A DNA stretch of 64,000 bases from a phage, in the sequence record PQ826431.1. One strand, 5' to 3'. This document shows, one piece after another, positions 8,281 to 17,548 of the stretch. The notes under the pieces are model-generated. The model ran no database searches and was not told the DNA's origin. It was given only the letters and a program-made list of their open reading frames with translations. Position 1 is the first letter of the stretch, and every line of letters starts with the position of its first letter. A program made the translations under genes and the position numbers.

Positions 8281-8738
8281 GACAATTCACTATACTGGCA
8301 GCTTATGTGCAATGTGTTCACGATTATGTTAGTGCTCATACAGGTTTGCTGGAAGTTACCAGTAAAATTGAAGGTAATATGGGTACTGTCTGTGTGCAAC
8401 ATACTTTATCCAATGTGCCGTTTAAAGTGTTCACTGTTGTAGCTGCCGATTACAATCGTGTAGATGTGCGTTTCTTGGATCATAATTTTCGTAACGCACT
8501 AGATAATATCGAAGATTATCTTCCCGTGAAACCTTTGTCATTTCCACCGAGTCGTGCAAATAATGTAGTGACAAACCTTAATGAAAGGAATGTGGCTATG
8601 CACAAAAAAGTCCGTCAACTGAAAACGCTGATGGAAATGCAAGAAGAGATTGAAAAAGAACTGAAAGAAGATTTTGGTATGCTTACAAAAGACGCTTTGA
8701 AATGGTATGATGAACTAGGAGGAGAAAGTTATGAATAA
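8277..8738 (+). CDS. hypothetical protein (153 aa)
   Basis: ORF track; RBS GGGAGGTAGAAA; overlaps upstream stop. Confidence 0.6.
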   Translation: MRQFTILAAYVQCVHDYVSAHTGLLEVTSKIEGNMGTVCVQHTLSNVPFKVFTVVAADYNRVDVRFLDHNFRNALDNIEDYLPVKPLSFPPSRANNVVTNLNERNVAMHKKVRQLKTLMEMQEEIEKELKEDFGMLTKDALKWYDELGGESYE

Positions 8739-8925
8739 AGGAACTACTGTATATTTAGTAACAAAGAATACCCCAGGCTGGAGCCAATGCAGCACTGTCC
8801 CTTACAAGATCTGTGCAACATTAGAACTAGCACAACGTGCAGAAGAAGAAGTGGATGCTATGCGATACAGCTACGGTGAAATCATTCCTTTTACTCTTGA
8901 ACAAGAAGGAGCACATCGTGTTTAA
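8731..8925 (+). CDS. hypothetical protein (64 aa)
   Basis: ORF track; RBS GGAGGAGAAAG. Confidence 0.5.
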   Translation: MNKGTTVYLVTKNTPGWSQCSTVPYKICATLELAQRAEEEVDAMRYSYGEIIPFTLEQEGAHRV

Positions 8926-9373
8926 AGTAGGGTTTACTTATAAATTCAAAAGCGTTGCTGACCAAGGAGCTATGGCAACACAGGACAAAGCAAATATTGC
9001 TGTTTGCCAAGCAATTGGAAACGAAGTTTTCAAAGTTATGAATACAGATGATAAGTATGGTCATGTTCTTGAGTTTTATATCAATGGTACCCTCTATACA
9101 GCAGGTGTTACCCCAGGGTTTAATTCGTATACTTATTTGATTGATAACGAAGAATTTAAATATTTTGAAGAAGCAAAGGAGGAAACAATGGGTAAAGCAG
9201 AACCACAATGGCATGTTGTGATCGTAGGATCAGAGTGTGTAGATGTTTGTTCTAGTTTTGAAAAAGCTTCTGAAGTCGCTACAAAAGCTAAGAAGGATTA
9301 TCCGTCGAAGACGGTTGAGATTTACGCTCGTGTTGCAGTAGCAAACGCCACAATCACTATTGATAAGGAGTAA
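8918..9373 (+). CDS. hypothetical protein (151 aa); C-terminal domain paralogous to 9379-9834
   Basis: GTG start 6 nt after AAGAAGGAG; track ORF 8837-9373 starts upstream without RBS. Confidence 0.5.
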   Translation: MFKVGFTYKFKSVADQGAMATQDKANIAVCQAIGNEVFKVMNTDDKYGHVLEFYINGTLYTAGVTPGFNSYTYLIDNEEFKYFEEAKEETMGKAEPQWHVVIVGSECVDVCSSFEKASEVATKAKKDYPSKTVEIYARVAVANATITIDKE

Positions 9374-9378
9374 AGCCA

Positions 9379-9834
9379 ATGTTCAAAGAAGGTCATGTCT
9401 ACCGTTTCCAGGATGAAGATTATATGCAATTATATTCTACCTTTGATAACAGTATGGCTGCTATCATTGGAGAGAATTTTTTCGAGGTGTTGAGCACTGA
9501 TGCAAATGGTAATATCTTGTCAATTGTTGTGATAGGGAGAGACGGTATTATCACTGCTAGTGATGGGGATCGTTACATAATCAATTCTGCTCATATAGAT
9601 TATTTTGTTGACGGTGGTATTCGTGGTGGTCGTGGAAAACCCCAAGAAGAACCTGTTGATACAACAAAAGAAGAGTGGTATGTTGTAATGACTGATGACA
9701 CCTGTATTTCTGGATTTGAAAGTTATGAAGAAGCTTTGAAAGAAGCAGCAGAGCATAAAATGGCTAATCCTACAGAAGAGGTTGAAGTTTATAAACGTTT
9801 GGTTGTTGCTACCATCGGCGTATCTTTTGTTTAA
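9379..9834 (+). CDS. hypothetical protein (151 aa)
   Basis: ORF track; RBS AAGGAG; C-terminus W-x-VV...VE-Y-R similar to preceding gene. Confidence 0.6.
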   Translation: MFKEGHVYRFQDEDYMQLYSTFDNSMAAIIGENFFEVLSTDANGNILSIVVIGRDGIITASDGDRYIINSAHIDYFVDGGIRGGRGKPQEEPVDTTKEEWYVVMTDDTCISGFESYEEALKEAAEHKMANPTEEVEVYKRLVVATIGVSFV

Positions 9835-9846
9835 AAGGGGAATGTT

Positions 9847-10284
9847 ATGTTTAAAGTTAATGCTGTTTACTGTTTCAAAAGTAAAGCTGCATGTGAAGCT
9901 TTCTCTATGATCTCTGATGAAAATTTCAAAATGGCAGCTTTGATTGAAGGGTCTTGTTTCCGCGTCGAAGATGTTAGTGAATCAGGGTCTGTTTGCTCAT
10001 TGACTTTATTGGACAGCGGGGATATTATTGAAGCTGGACAGTATCCGTTCAGGAGTTGGGAGATATTGTTAGCTCGCGGAGAGCGTAACTTTTTTATGTG
10101 CGTGTCTGCGGGGGAAATTGTGAAAGAAACTAAGGATGTTTCTGTTTACAATTCTGAATTTATAAGTTATAGTGAGTATCAACATCTGGAAGGCATTGTT
10201 GGTCACTTGTTATCTCTGATTGACATTGAATGTGACTTGCCTGAATCATTGAAAGAAGAGTTGAAAGCATTAGATCTGCTGTAA
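9847..10284 (+). CDS. hypothetical protein (145 aa)
   Basis: ORF track; RBS AAAGGGGAATG. Confidence 0.6.
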   Translation: MFKVNAVYCFKSKAACEAFSMISDENFKMAALIEGSCFRVEDVSESGSVCSLTLLDSGDIIEAGQYPFRSWEILLARGERNFFMCVSAGEIVKETKDVSVYNSEFISYSEYQHLEGIVGHLLSLIDIECDLPESLKEELKALDLL

Positions 10285-10311
10285 TGTTTCACACAACGAA
10301 AGGAGAATAAG

Positions 10312-10611
10312 ATGAATCTGACTGAACAGTTACGCCGTATTGCAAAAGAAGCTTCCTTCAACTTCCCTGTTGAAGAAGTGATCGAGACATGTTTCGCTGA
10401 AGCACGAGCGGGAAACTCTTCAAGAAATTTCACGCCATCTGATTTTGGTTTGGATAATTCTCCTACTCATCCAGGGGAAATCTACAATCAGGTGAAGTGG
10501 ATGGATGAAGCAGTAGCAATTCTTCGTGAGCGTGGGCTTATTGTTTATAAAGAAATGGATCTGAACGGAGCATATGAGTGGATCACTATTGATTGGTCCG
10601 AGGTGAAATGA
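10312..10611 (+). CDS. hypothetical protein (99 aa)
   Basis: ORF track; RBS AAAGGAGAATAAG. Confidence 0.6.
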   Translation: MNLTEQLRRIAKEASFNFPVEEVIETCFAEARAGNSSRNFTPSDFGLDNSPTHPGEIYNQVKWMDEAVAILRERGLIVYKEMDLNGAYEWITIDWSEVK

Positions 10612-10844
10612 TGAAAGGTAACAAGATGAAAGTTAATCAAGTGCCGAGCGCATACACTTTGTGGCTTGCGCGAGCATTACACCAGACGATCAAAAACCCT
10701 AAGAAGCCAATGAAGAGTGGGAAGAAGTTTATGTCTAAGGGCAAAACAACCTTTGGCTTCACTCGTATGTCTGTTAAGATGAAAAGGCTGGGGTACAAGC
10801 CAAACTACGCTCGTTACCCTTCTGAATACAACTGGTTTGACTAA
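10608..10844 (+). CDS. small highly basic protein (78 aa)
   Basis: ATG overlapping upstream stop, RBS GAGGTG; K/R-rich. Confidence 0.55.
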   Translation: MMKGNKMKVNQVPSAYTLWLARALHQTIKNPKKPMKSGKKFMSKGKTTFGFTRMSVKMKRLGYKPNYARYPSEYNWFD

Positions 10845-10857
10845 AAAGGAGAAAGCA

Positions 10858-11331
10858 ATGGCAGGTTTGAAACTGGAGATGTTGACAAAGCAAGAATTTG
10901 TTCCCGAACACGGTGAAACTTACATTGCTTTCTTGATTAGTGATTTTTATGGGGATTTAGAGTATGTTGAACTGGAGTGTGAGTTTCACTACCAAATGAT
11001 CGACGCAGAAACTGGTTATTGTCTGGGTACGTCTGCGGTGTATAATGGTGATAATGGCATTCCTTTTCATACCCCAATGAGGTACGAAGCGAAAAACCGA
11101 TTCAAACTTCTCACAGAAGAAGAAAAAGAGACATATAAATATCACGAAGAGGAGGATCAACGCTTCTGGTGGGAGAAAACTTGGTTCCTGTCTGATCGCC
11201 GTAATCTTCAGATTCACCCAGAAGAACTGGATGAAATGTCTATTGGCATTATGAAGAAGAAAGACTTCATGTTCCAGGTGAGAGAAGCTAATAAGTTCCG
11301 TATTGCAATTAAAGAGGAGAACAAAACATGA
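10858..11331 (+). CDS. hypothetical protein (157 aa)
   Basis: track ORF trimmed to ATG after RBS AAAAAGGAGAAAGCA. Confidence 0.6.
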   Translation: MAGLKLEMLTKQEFVPEHGETYIAFLISDFYGDLEYVELECEFHYQMIDAETGYCLGTSAVYNGDNGIPFHTPMRYEAKNRFKLLTEEEKETYKYHEEEDQRFWWEKTWFLSDRRNLQIHPEELDEMSIGIMKKKDFMFQVREANKFRIAIKEENKT

Positions 11332-11612
11332 AAACATCTATTCGCGTAAAACATGATCCAAACAGCAGTTACCCATACGCGGATGTTGAACGTCATGAAG
11401 GAGACTATTACACCATAAAACGTAAAGTCCCAACTGATACAGGGTTTAACTTTGATGTTATTGCGCTGGATGATCAAGGTGTTGATAATCTGGTGAATGC
11501 ATTACTCGCATTGAAGGAAGTGCGATATGAAAATCAGACTAAAGGTAAAGTGGCTTTCGATTCTTGTGATCGTTTAGCCGAAGAGATTGCCGAATGGCGT
11601 GACACTAACTAA
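11328..11612 (+). CDS. hypothetical protein (94 aa)
   Basis: ORF track; RBS AAAGAGGAGAAC. Confidence 0.6.
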   Translation: MKTSIRVKHDPNSSYPYADVERHEGDYYTIKRKVPTDTGFNFDVIALDDQGVDNLVNALLALKEVRYENQTKGKVAFDSCDRLAEEIAEWRDTN

Positions 11613-11627
11613 AACAGGAGAAAGATT

Positions 11628-11804
11628 ATGGCTACTTTTCAACAATTGAAAGATGTTTCACGTTTAGTAAGAAAAATCCGAGAAGCAGACGCTGCTGTGC
11701 GGAATGCATTAACGCCAGCAGAGCGTGAAGATCTTGAAGAGGAGGTGAAAACAGCCGAGAATGCTTTTGCTGTGTATCTTTCAACACTGTATACAGGAGG
11801 TTAA
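11628..11804 (+). CDS. hypothetical protein (58 aa)
   Basis: ATG after RBS CAGGAGAAAG; fills gap; not in track. Confidence 0.45.
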   Translation: MATFQQLKDVSRLVRKIREADAAVRNALTPAEREDLEEEVKTAENAFAVYLSTLYTGG

Positions 11805-12119
11805 ATGTCAGAAGAACTTAAAGAATTTTATCAGGCATATCATAACTGGCTATTAGCTGGTGCTCCAGATAATAATCCTTTCTGGCATGATAAAGGATTA
11901 TGTAGTTGCCTCTACCTTTGGACTGGTGGTTACGATGATCTAAATTATGAAATGCAAATGCAATTTCGAGAAGCAGGGTTGTCTGAAGAATACCCGTTTG
12001 ATGACGGAGACTGGTTTAAATATGATTTTGCACAAAGAAACGGGCTATTGCATTTGAATGCTGCCCGTATAAAATGGGTAAAAGATCATGCTACACAGGA
12101 GGATGTGCAATGCCAATAG
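11805..12119 (+). CDS. paralog family member 3, 104 aa
   Basis: ORF track; motifs FYQAYHNWL, GLCSCL, EEYPFDDG, IKWVKDH. Confidence 0.65.
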   Translation: MSEELKEFYQAYHNWLLAGAPDNNPFWHDKGLCSCLYLWTGGYDDLNYEMQMQFREAGLSEEYPFDDGDWFKYDFAQRNGLLHLNAARIKWVKDHATQEDVQCQ

Positions 12120-12310
12120 TGTTTAGTTTCTTGATAATTGTTATGGTTGTTCTTTTCGCGGCATGGCTTTGGGATTTTGACCCAGGAGCAGCGCAGCAAA
12201 GAGCTACAGACTGGAAAGAACAATGTATTGTGCTCAAACATGAACGAAATGCGGAGAAATTTCTTGACCTAGAGTGTGATCGCCTTGTAAGATACAAGCA
12301 AGATAAATAA
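12110..12310 (+). CDS. small membrane protein (66 aa)
   Basis: track ORF trimmed to ATG after RBS CAGGAGGATG; one predicted TM helix. Confidence 0.5.
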   Translation: MPIVFSFLIIVMVVLFAAWLWDFDPGAAQQRATDWKEQCIVLKHERNAEKFLDLECDRLVRYKQDK

Positions 12311-12324
12311 CCTTGAGGTGCAAA

Positions 12325-12513
12325 ATGGTAATTGAGATTAAACTTGAATATGCTGGGGCTGTTGCTCTGATCGCACAAATGCTTGGAGCAAAGATTGAAG
12401 AAGTGTATATCAATGCCTGGAGCGTAGAGATTGATGTTCCTATGGACAACATTGCTAATCGCTTGCTGGTGGCAGAGTGTGAACGCACCAACATAATCTA
12501 CAAAGGAGCATAA
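12325..12513 (+). CDS. hypothetical protein (62 aa)
   Basis: ATG after RBS GAGGTG. Confidence 0.5.
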   Translation: MVIEIKLEYAGAVALIAQMLGAKIEEVYINAWSVEIDVPMDNIANRLLVAECERTNIIYKGA

Positions 12514-12514
12514 T

Positions 12515-12736
12515 ATGAAAATTAGAGTTTGCGATGTATTGGGTTATGTTGGTTTTGAGAATGTTCAGATTCCTTTTGTTGTTGAAGCACATCTTGTTAG
12601 CGATGATATGACAACATTCTTTGTTACGATAGAAGAAATGTCCAAAGTTGAGGGATGGGAGTGGTTTGAAGAAGATGTTTGGGAAGGTTGTGATTACGTA
12701 TTTTTCTCTGATGAAGTGAATGTTCTTTCGGAGTAG
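12515..12736 (+). CDS. hypothetical acidic protein (73 aa)
   Basis: ORF track; RBS AAAGGAGCATAAT. Confidence 0.55.
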   Translation: MKIRVCDVLGYVGFENVQIPFVVEAHLVSDDMTTFFVTIEEMSKVEGWEWFEEDVWEGCDYVFFSDEVNVLSE

Positions 12737-12738
12737 GT

Positions 12739-12945
12739 ATGTCTTGTTTTACAAAAGCAGTGTCCATATGTAAGAAACAGTATGAAAGTGATTACGGAAT
12801 ATTTAATATTCCAGTGGATCATACGGAGTATTGTTCATGTGGTGGCAGGATGAAGAAAACAGTGATTTATGCGGATAGTGGAGACGAACTTGTTCCGGTT
12901 ATGGTTTGCAAAGCTTGTCATTCTGTTAAAACATTAAAAGCGTAA
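12739..12945 (+). CDS. small zinc-ribbon-like protein (68 aa)
   Basis: ORF track; Cys pairs CSCGG and CKAC. Confidence 0.55.
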   Translation: MSCFTKAVSICKKQYESDYGIFNIPVDHTEYCSCGGRMKKTVIYADSGDELVPVMVCKACHSVKTLKA

Positions 12946-13040
12946 GGAGTCGGGACACCCGACGATTGGAGCTAAAAATTTTGCGTACAACCCTTTCCGC
13001 CCAACAGGGGCGCGTCGGGTAAATAAAGAGGAGAGTTTAT

Positions 13041-13439
13041 ATGAAAAAGATCATTGTAGGTTTATTGTTACTCATTGCATCACTTGGAACAGCAAATGCG
13101 TCTCAAGTTTATGAGTGTGTGTCAGAGGTGGTTGTTAAAAATCTGAAAGGTGAAGTTATTTCTGGTCCTAAGAAAATGGCTTCTGTTGTCATTAACAAAG
13201 ATAACTCCTTTATCCTTAAAAATTCAGGTGGTGCTTTGATGAGTGGCATTCTGCAATACACAGGAGAAAAAAGTAAAGATGGTAGTGCTATGTACGGTTC
13301 ACAACAGTTTATTGGCACTACTGAAGTAGTAATGATGCGCACAGAGTATCGAGACACTTTGGCTTGGTTTGCATTTCTAAAAAATGATAAAACAATAACG
13401 AATGTTCTTACTCTAGAAGCTGATTGTACGCAACGATAA
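13041..13439 (+). CDS. secreted/periplasmic protein with N-terminal signal peptide (132 aa)
   Basis: ORF track; MKKIIVGLLLLIASLGTANA signal-like N-terminus; RBS AAAGAGGAGAG. Confidence 0.6.
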   Translation: MKKIIVGLLLLIASLGTANASQVYECVSEVVVKNLKGEVISGPKKMASVVINKDNSFILKNSGGALMSGILQYTGEKSKDGSAMYGSQQFIGTTEVVMMRTEYRDTLAWFAFLKNDKTITNVLTLEADCTQR

Positions 13440-13448
13440 GGGGGATTT

Positions 13449-13895
13449 ATGACTAAAATGAGACATTACGCTGTAAACTGCAACGATGCTTGGCGTTTGT
13501 GTCCTGATGATCCGACAGAAGGCACATTTGTAAGATATGAGGATTATAAAGAGTTATCGGATGCTGTGATCGCATTGTTAACTGATATCCGTTCACGTTA
13601 TCCAGGACAAGATTTCACTTGCCCTCACATCAAACTTCTTGCTTGTCTGGTAGAAGGTGAGAAAGAAGTGGAAGATGGCTTCAAGCGTGTAGAGTATCAA
13701 GGTGAAACTTTAGATGTTCCTGAATTTGTTAATTATATTGCAACAGACTCGGATGGTGATCGTTATGGTTACAGCCATAAGCCAGAGATTCCTGATTGGA
13801 TTCCCGCTTGGCGTATTTCCGTTAGTACCGGAGACTATATCTTCCTTGGCGTAGGTAGTAGTAAGGATTGGCGTTTCTCTTTGACAGAGGTTTAA
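13449..13895 (+). CDS. hypothetical protein (148 aa)
   Basis: ORF track; RBS AAGGGGGATTT. Confidence 0.6.
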   Translation: MTKMRHYAVNCNDAWRLCPDDPTEGTFVRYEDYKELSDAVIALLTDIRSRYPGQDFTCPHIKLLACLVEGEKEVEDGFKRVEYQGETLDVPEFVNYIATDSDGDRYGYSHKPEIPDWIPAWRISVSTGDYIFLGVGSSKDWRFSLTEV

Positions 13896-13899
13896 TAAT

Positions 13900-14163
13900 A
13901 TGAAAGAGACATTGCCAGCAGCATACCGTTTGAATGATGAACGTATTTGGGAGTGGACCGACGTTTCTTGTTTTTACCCTGAAATAGTTCAATATTGGCG
14001 AGCAAAAGGGTGTGTTGTAGTTATCAACCCTTGTGGACCAGTAGATGAAGATTGTTTGTATCTCAATGGAAAGTGGCACAGTTATTGTCGCTGGCCTTTT
14101 GAGTGGATGTGTAAAGAAGATCTCCCAGAGGGTTGGGAGTATCCGAAAGCAAATAGGAGATAA
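13900..14163 (+). CDS. hypothetical protein (87 aa)
   Basis: ORF track. Confidence 0.55.
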   Translation: MKETLPAAYRLNDERIWEWTDVSCFYPEIVQYWRAKGCVVVINPCGPVDEDCLYLNGKWHSYCRWPFEWMCKEDLPEGWEYPKANRR

Positions 14164-14164
14164 T

Positions 14165-14527
14165 ATGTCTAAAGATTTTGTTGAAGTGTTTGTCAAAGAC
14201 GAAGAAACTGGTTTAGGCACAGGTTTCATTTGCGAAGAAACTTTTAAGCGTGAACAAGAAAAAGCTATTCTTATGCACCGTTATGATCATGCATTAGAAC
14301 AATGGAAAAATGCAGAACAAAAATGCAAAAACCTTTACGCAGAAAATAGAAAACTACAAGATCAAATGGAGTTGTTAGCTATCAGTTTACGATCTCTCAT
14401 TTTGGCTGTAGAAGATGGTTTTAAAAATCCAGATGGTTTTCCTGTGAGCGATATTGAACATGATTTGTATCTTGCTCGTGGTGCTTACTTTTATGTTAAA
14501 CAGAAGCCTGTAGAAGGAGAGAAATGA
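14165..14527 (+). CDS. coiled-coil protein (120 aa)
   Basis: track ORF trimmed to ATG after RBS AATAGGAGATAAT. Confidence 0.55.
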   Translation: MSKDFVEVFVKDEETGLGTGFICEETFKREQEKAILMHRYDHALEQWKNAEQKCKNLYAENRKLQDQMELLAISLRSLILAVEDGFKNPDGFPVSDIEHDLYLARGAYFYVKQKPVEGEK

Positions 14528-14724
14528 TGGAAGAAAAACTGGAACGTATTATCGAGTTAGCCATGTCTATTGGCTACGACGATTGTTTTCTCCAAACTAT
14601 TGGAGAAACACAGGACGATTACGACTCTTGGGTGAAAGAGTTGGAAGAACTCAAAACTTCCTTGATTGCTGACTTTGCTGAAGCAGAGGATAAAGCAGAT
14701 CGTTACAACTATCTGTGTCGATAA
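14524..14724 (+). CDS. hypothetical acidic protein (66 aa)
   Basis: ORF track; RBS GAAGGAGAG. Confidence 0.55.
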   Translation: MMEEKLERIIELAMSIGYDDCFLQTIGETQDDYDSWVKELEELKTSLIADFAEAEDKADRYNYLCR

Positions 14725-14727
14725 GCC

Positions 14728-14756
14728 TTGACATTTATTTTATGTATGGTATACAT
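14728..14756 (+). promoter_or_regulatory. internal promoter (TTGACA-17-ATACAT)
   Basis: -35 consensus; intergenic. Confidence 0.4.
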
Positions 14757-14786
14757 ACATTATCAACGTGAGAAAGGTGGTGTAAT

Positions 14787-15059
14787 ATGAATAAAGATCG
14801 GTTTCTTTCTTTAGTCGCGGAAGCGCCTTTTGATGTTCTTGGGGTGAGATTATGGAAAGACAGAAACTATGGGTTAGATGTTCAAACATATTCTCTTTGG
14901 TTGGTTGGGGAGCACAGCTTAGATGAAAGCTTGTGCATGGGTAGGGATTCTCGTTCCCTTTGTTTAAAGTTTAGAAGCTTAGAACGCGCAAACAAAGAGC
15001 AAGAAAAACTAACGAGGTGGCTAAATGAAAACAAGCGCAGGGTTGATGGAGTTTTATAA
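14787..15059 (+). CDS. hypothetical protein (90 aa)
   Basis: ORF track; RBS GAAAGGTGG. Confidence 0.55.
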   Translation: MNKDRFLSLVAEAPFDVLGVRLWKDRNYGLDVQTYSLWLVGEHSLDESLCMGRDSRSLCLKFRSLERANKEQEKLTRWLNENKRRVDGVL

Positions 15060-15351
15060 AATTTATCTAGCATGGATTGATGTTGGTGCTCCTGAAGGTG
15101 AACCTTTTCGGCGAGATTGCGGTTTGTGTGCCAACTTGTTCGATTATGTGCACGCAGATGGCTACAATCTCCTTATAACAACCTTGTCAGACGAAATGCA
15201 CTCACAGTTTTACTACAAAGGGTTGAGTCAAGAACTCCCTTTCAATGAGAACTACGATGCATATGTCTTAGAATCAGATGCAGAGGTATGTCACCTGAAC
15301 GTGGACAGGATTAATTGGGTAAGAGATCGTATTGCAGAGGAGGATGAATAA
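15025..15351 (+). CDS. paralog family member 4, 108 aa
   Basis: ORF track; motifs FYKIYLAWI, GLCANL, ELPFNEN, INWVRDRI. Confidence 0.65.
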   Translation: MKTSAGLMEFYKIYLAWIDVGAPEGEPFRRDCGLCANLFDYVHADGYNLLITTLSDEMHSQFYYKGLSQELPFNENYDAYVLESDAEVCHLNVDRINWVRDRIAEEDE

Positions 15352-15578
15352 TGTCGGATTATAACTGGTATGAACTTGAGGCCGTTTGTCAGTTTTACGA
15401 CTCAATAGTTCTGCGTGATCCAATCTGTCAAGAATTAAGTCGCCGTGCAAGTGCATTGGCAATCAATGTTAAAGTGCACGATTGGAACGCAGATCTGGAA
15501 AAAGAATTGGAATTCCTTTTGGAAACAACCCGTGTCTTCCATAAAGTGTTCCCTGAATGGTTTGAGATGGAGGAATAA
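15351..15578 (+). CDS. hypothetical protein (75 aa)
   Basis: ORF track; RBS GAGGAGG; ATG overlaps upstream stop. Confidence 0.55.
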   Translation: MSDYNWYELEAVCQFYDSIVLRDPICQELSRRASALAINVKVHDWNADLEKELEFLLETTRVFHKVFPEWFEMEE

Positions 15579-15580
15579 GC

Positions 15581-15793
15581 ATGTGGATTGTCCGTCTTAA
15601 GTATGATGGCAAGTTTCCGTGGGAGAAAGATGTTTGTGCCTGTGATTCAGCAGCACATGCCAAAGCAGCGGGTCAGGCAGTAGTTGACATGTATAACAAC
15701 ACCCCTTTTGATCCAGAAATGGCAGGTGTTACAATGAGCATGTTCACTTACTATTCTTTTGAGGTTTACTATCACGAAGGAGAGTGGAAATGA
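15581..15793 (+). CDS. hypothetical protein (70 aa)
   Basis: ORF track; RBS GGAGGAATAAGC. Confidence 0.55.
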   Translation: MWIVRLKYDGKFPWEKDVCACDSAAHAKAAGQAVVDMYNNTPFDPEMAGVTMSMFTYYSFEVYYHEGEWK

Positions 15794-16110
15794 GCGAAGA
15801 ACTATTAACATTTTACCGCACGTATTTGGCATGGTTGGAAGCTGGTGCTCCTGAAGGTGAACCGTTCACCCGTTGCACAGGTTTGTGCACGAACCTCTAT
15901 GATTTTTACGACATAGGAGAAAGCGAACGATACGAACCTGTACTGGATGAAATGCATGAGCAGTTCTACCTCAAAGGTTTGGTTATGGTGTTGCCTTTCA
16001 ACAGTAATTTTGGAAAGTACACCTTAGAAGCGGAAAAAAGCCGTTGTCATTTGAATGTGGATCGTGTGAACTGGGTAAAAGAACGTGTAGCAGAAGAAAT
16101 AATTGGTTGA
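15790..16110 (+). CDS. paralog family member 5, 106 aa
   Basis: motifs FYRTYLAWL, GLCTNL, VLPFNSN, VNWVKERV. Confidence 0.65.
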   Translation: MSEELLTFYRTYLAWLEAGAPEGEPFTRCTGLCTNLYDFYDIGESERYEPVLDEMHEQFYLKGLVMVLPFNSNFGKYTLEAEKSRCHLNVDRVNWVKERVAEEIIG

Positions 16111-16135
16111 CAGAAGGATCTGTCTTTGTCATAAT
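16107..16135 (+). promoter_or_regulatory. promoter (TTGACA-17-CATAAT)
   Basis: good -35/-10 consensus upstream of 16165 ORF. Confidence 0.5.
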
Positions 16136-16164
16136 CATCTCATCGAAACAGAGAGGAGAAAATC

Positions 16165-16578
16165 ATGAAAAAGTTTATTTGCACCCGTTCCACTAACAGT
16201 GATATCCTTGTAGGTAAGGTTATCAAAGGAGACCTCTTCCATGCAAACGGTAAGAAATATATTCTGCTGAAAGATTCTTTCAACGGGGAATATCCGCGCT
16301 GCACTTTCTTCAATTACAACACTCCATTTGCTTTAGAAGGAGATTCTTGGGACTGGGCTGAACTCAATCCTTGTTGTGAGGAAGAAGAATCTATGTTCTT
16401 AGGTTTAAACGTTTACCGTGTAGATTACACCATGTGCGGAGCGGAACATTCTGTTCGCGTAGAAGCCGAATCCAAACTACAAGCACCTTTCAAGGCAGGA
16501 TTGACTTTGGGTCATTGTTTGGCAAACATTGAAGATGTTGTGATCCAAAGGGTTGTTTTAGAGAAAGAGGCTATTTGA
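16165..16578 (+). CDS. hypothetical protein (137 aa)
   Basis: ORF track; RBS AGAGAGGAGAAAATC. Confidence 0.6.
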   Translation: MKKFICTRSTNSDILVGKVIKGDLFHANGKKYILLKDSFNGEYPRCTFFNYNTPFALEGDSWDWAELNPCCEEEESMFLGLNVYRVDYTMCGAEHSVRVEAESKLQAPFKAGLTLGHCLANIEDVVIQRVVLEKEAI

Positions 16579-16631
16579 CAGAAGACGGTACAATATTTAA
16601 AATATAAAGATTAACCACAAAGGAGATAGAT

Positions 16632-16931
16632 ATGCAAGTTGAAGACCTGATCCACATTCTGAATAAAGCTAAAGAGAAGGGTGCTATCAAAGACTGGAAA
16701 CGTGAAACAAGTGAAGATTTATCTTATTGTTGCCGAGAGTTTTACATCGAAGGTATTGCTGACGATCATTATACTATCGAATGGTATATCAACTTAATGA
16801 CTCTTAAGCACGGTTCGTTTGAGGTTTGGTTTGATGACATTGATGTAAATGGTTTTCATCCTGGCTATAAAATCGCTATGCAGTTATCTTATCGTAGAGA
16901 AGTTGTAGCACATTTGGGTTTACATAACTAA
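16632..16931 (+). CDS. hypothetical protein (99 aa)
   Basis: ORF track; RBS AAAGGAGATAGAT. Confidence 0.6.
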   Translation: MQVEDLIHILNKAKEKGAIKDWKRETSEDLSYCCREFYIEGIADDHYTIEWYINLMTLKHGSFEVWFDDIDVNGFHPGYKIAMQLSYRREVVAHLGLHN

Positions 16932-16941
16932 GGAGAAAAGA

Positions 16942-17265
16942 ATGCAAGCAGTTGTTAACGAAGCTATTATGAACTTATCCTTCTTGTTAGCTGGTTTAGG
17001 AGGTGTTCTCATAGGCTTGGCTCTTATCTGGTGTATTCGTCGATTAATCGGGTACCGACAAAAAGGTGTTTCATGTTTTGTATCTTACAATTTTACAACT
17101 GCTTACAGTAATGAGGTTGGATCTGGCAATGCTCAAGCATTTTTACCAACATATCCTCCTACGGTGGAAGATATTCGAAACTTGGAAGTAGAACTTATGG
17201 GACTAGGTGATAACTATACATCTCTCGTTATTCAAAATATTTTTCGACTAAAACAGGAGTCGTGA
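16942..17265 (+). CDS. membrane protein (107 aa)
   Basis: ORF track; one TM helix; RBS AAGGAGAAAAGA. Confidence 0.55.
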   Translation: MQAVVNEAIMNLSFLLAGLGGVLIGLALIWCIRRLIGYRQKGVSCFVSYNFTTAYSNEVGSGNAQAFLPTYPPTVEDIRNLEVELMGLGDNYTSLVIQNIFRLKQES

Positions 17266-17478
17266 ATGAAGGCACATTACCCTCATCCCTTTGATCCTAA
17301 AAACAAAGCCGTAATTCTTCGTCAGTGGCAACGGGTTTGTCGTACTAAATGTCCAATCAATAGCCCACACAATGTAGACAAGGACTATCTTGGGACATTT
17401 GTTGAATACACTTACATAGACAAAAACAAGCGTAAACAACATGTCGAGGAATACTGCTTAAGAGTAGAATGGCTGTAA
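17266..17478 (+). CDS. hypothetical protein (70 aa)
   Basis: ORF track; RBS CAGGAGTCG. Confidence 0.5.
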   Translation: MKAHYPHPFDPKNKAVILRQWQRVCRTKCPINSPHNVDKDYLGTFVEYTYIDKNKRKQHVEEYCLRVEWL

Positions 17479-17490
17479 ATAATAAATACC

Positions 17491-17519
17491 TTGACAAGTG
17501 TTTATTCGTTTTGTAAAGT
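17491..17519 (+). promoter_or_regulatory. promoter (TTGACA-17-TAAAGT)
   Basis: upstream of recombinase gene. Confidence 0.45.
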
Positions 17520-17548
17520 GAGAATACAGTAATAGTTTAGGAGTGGTT

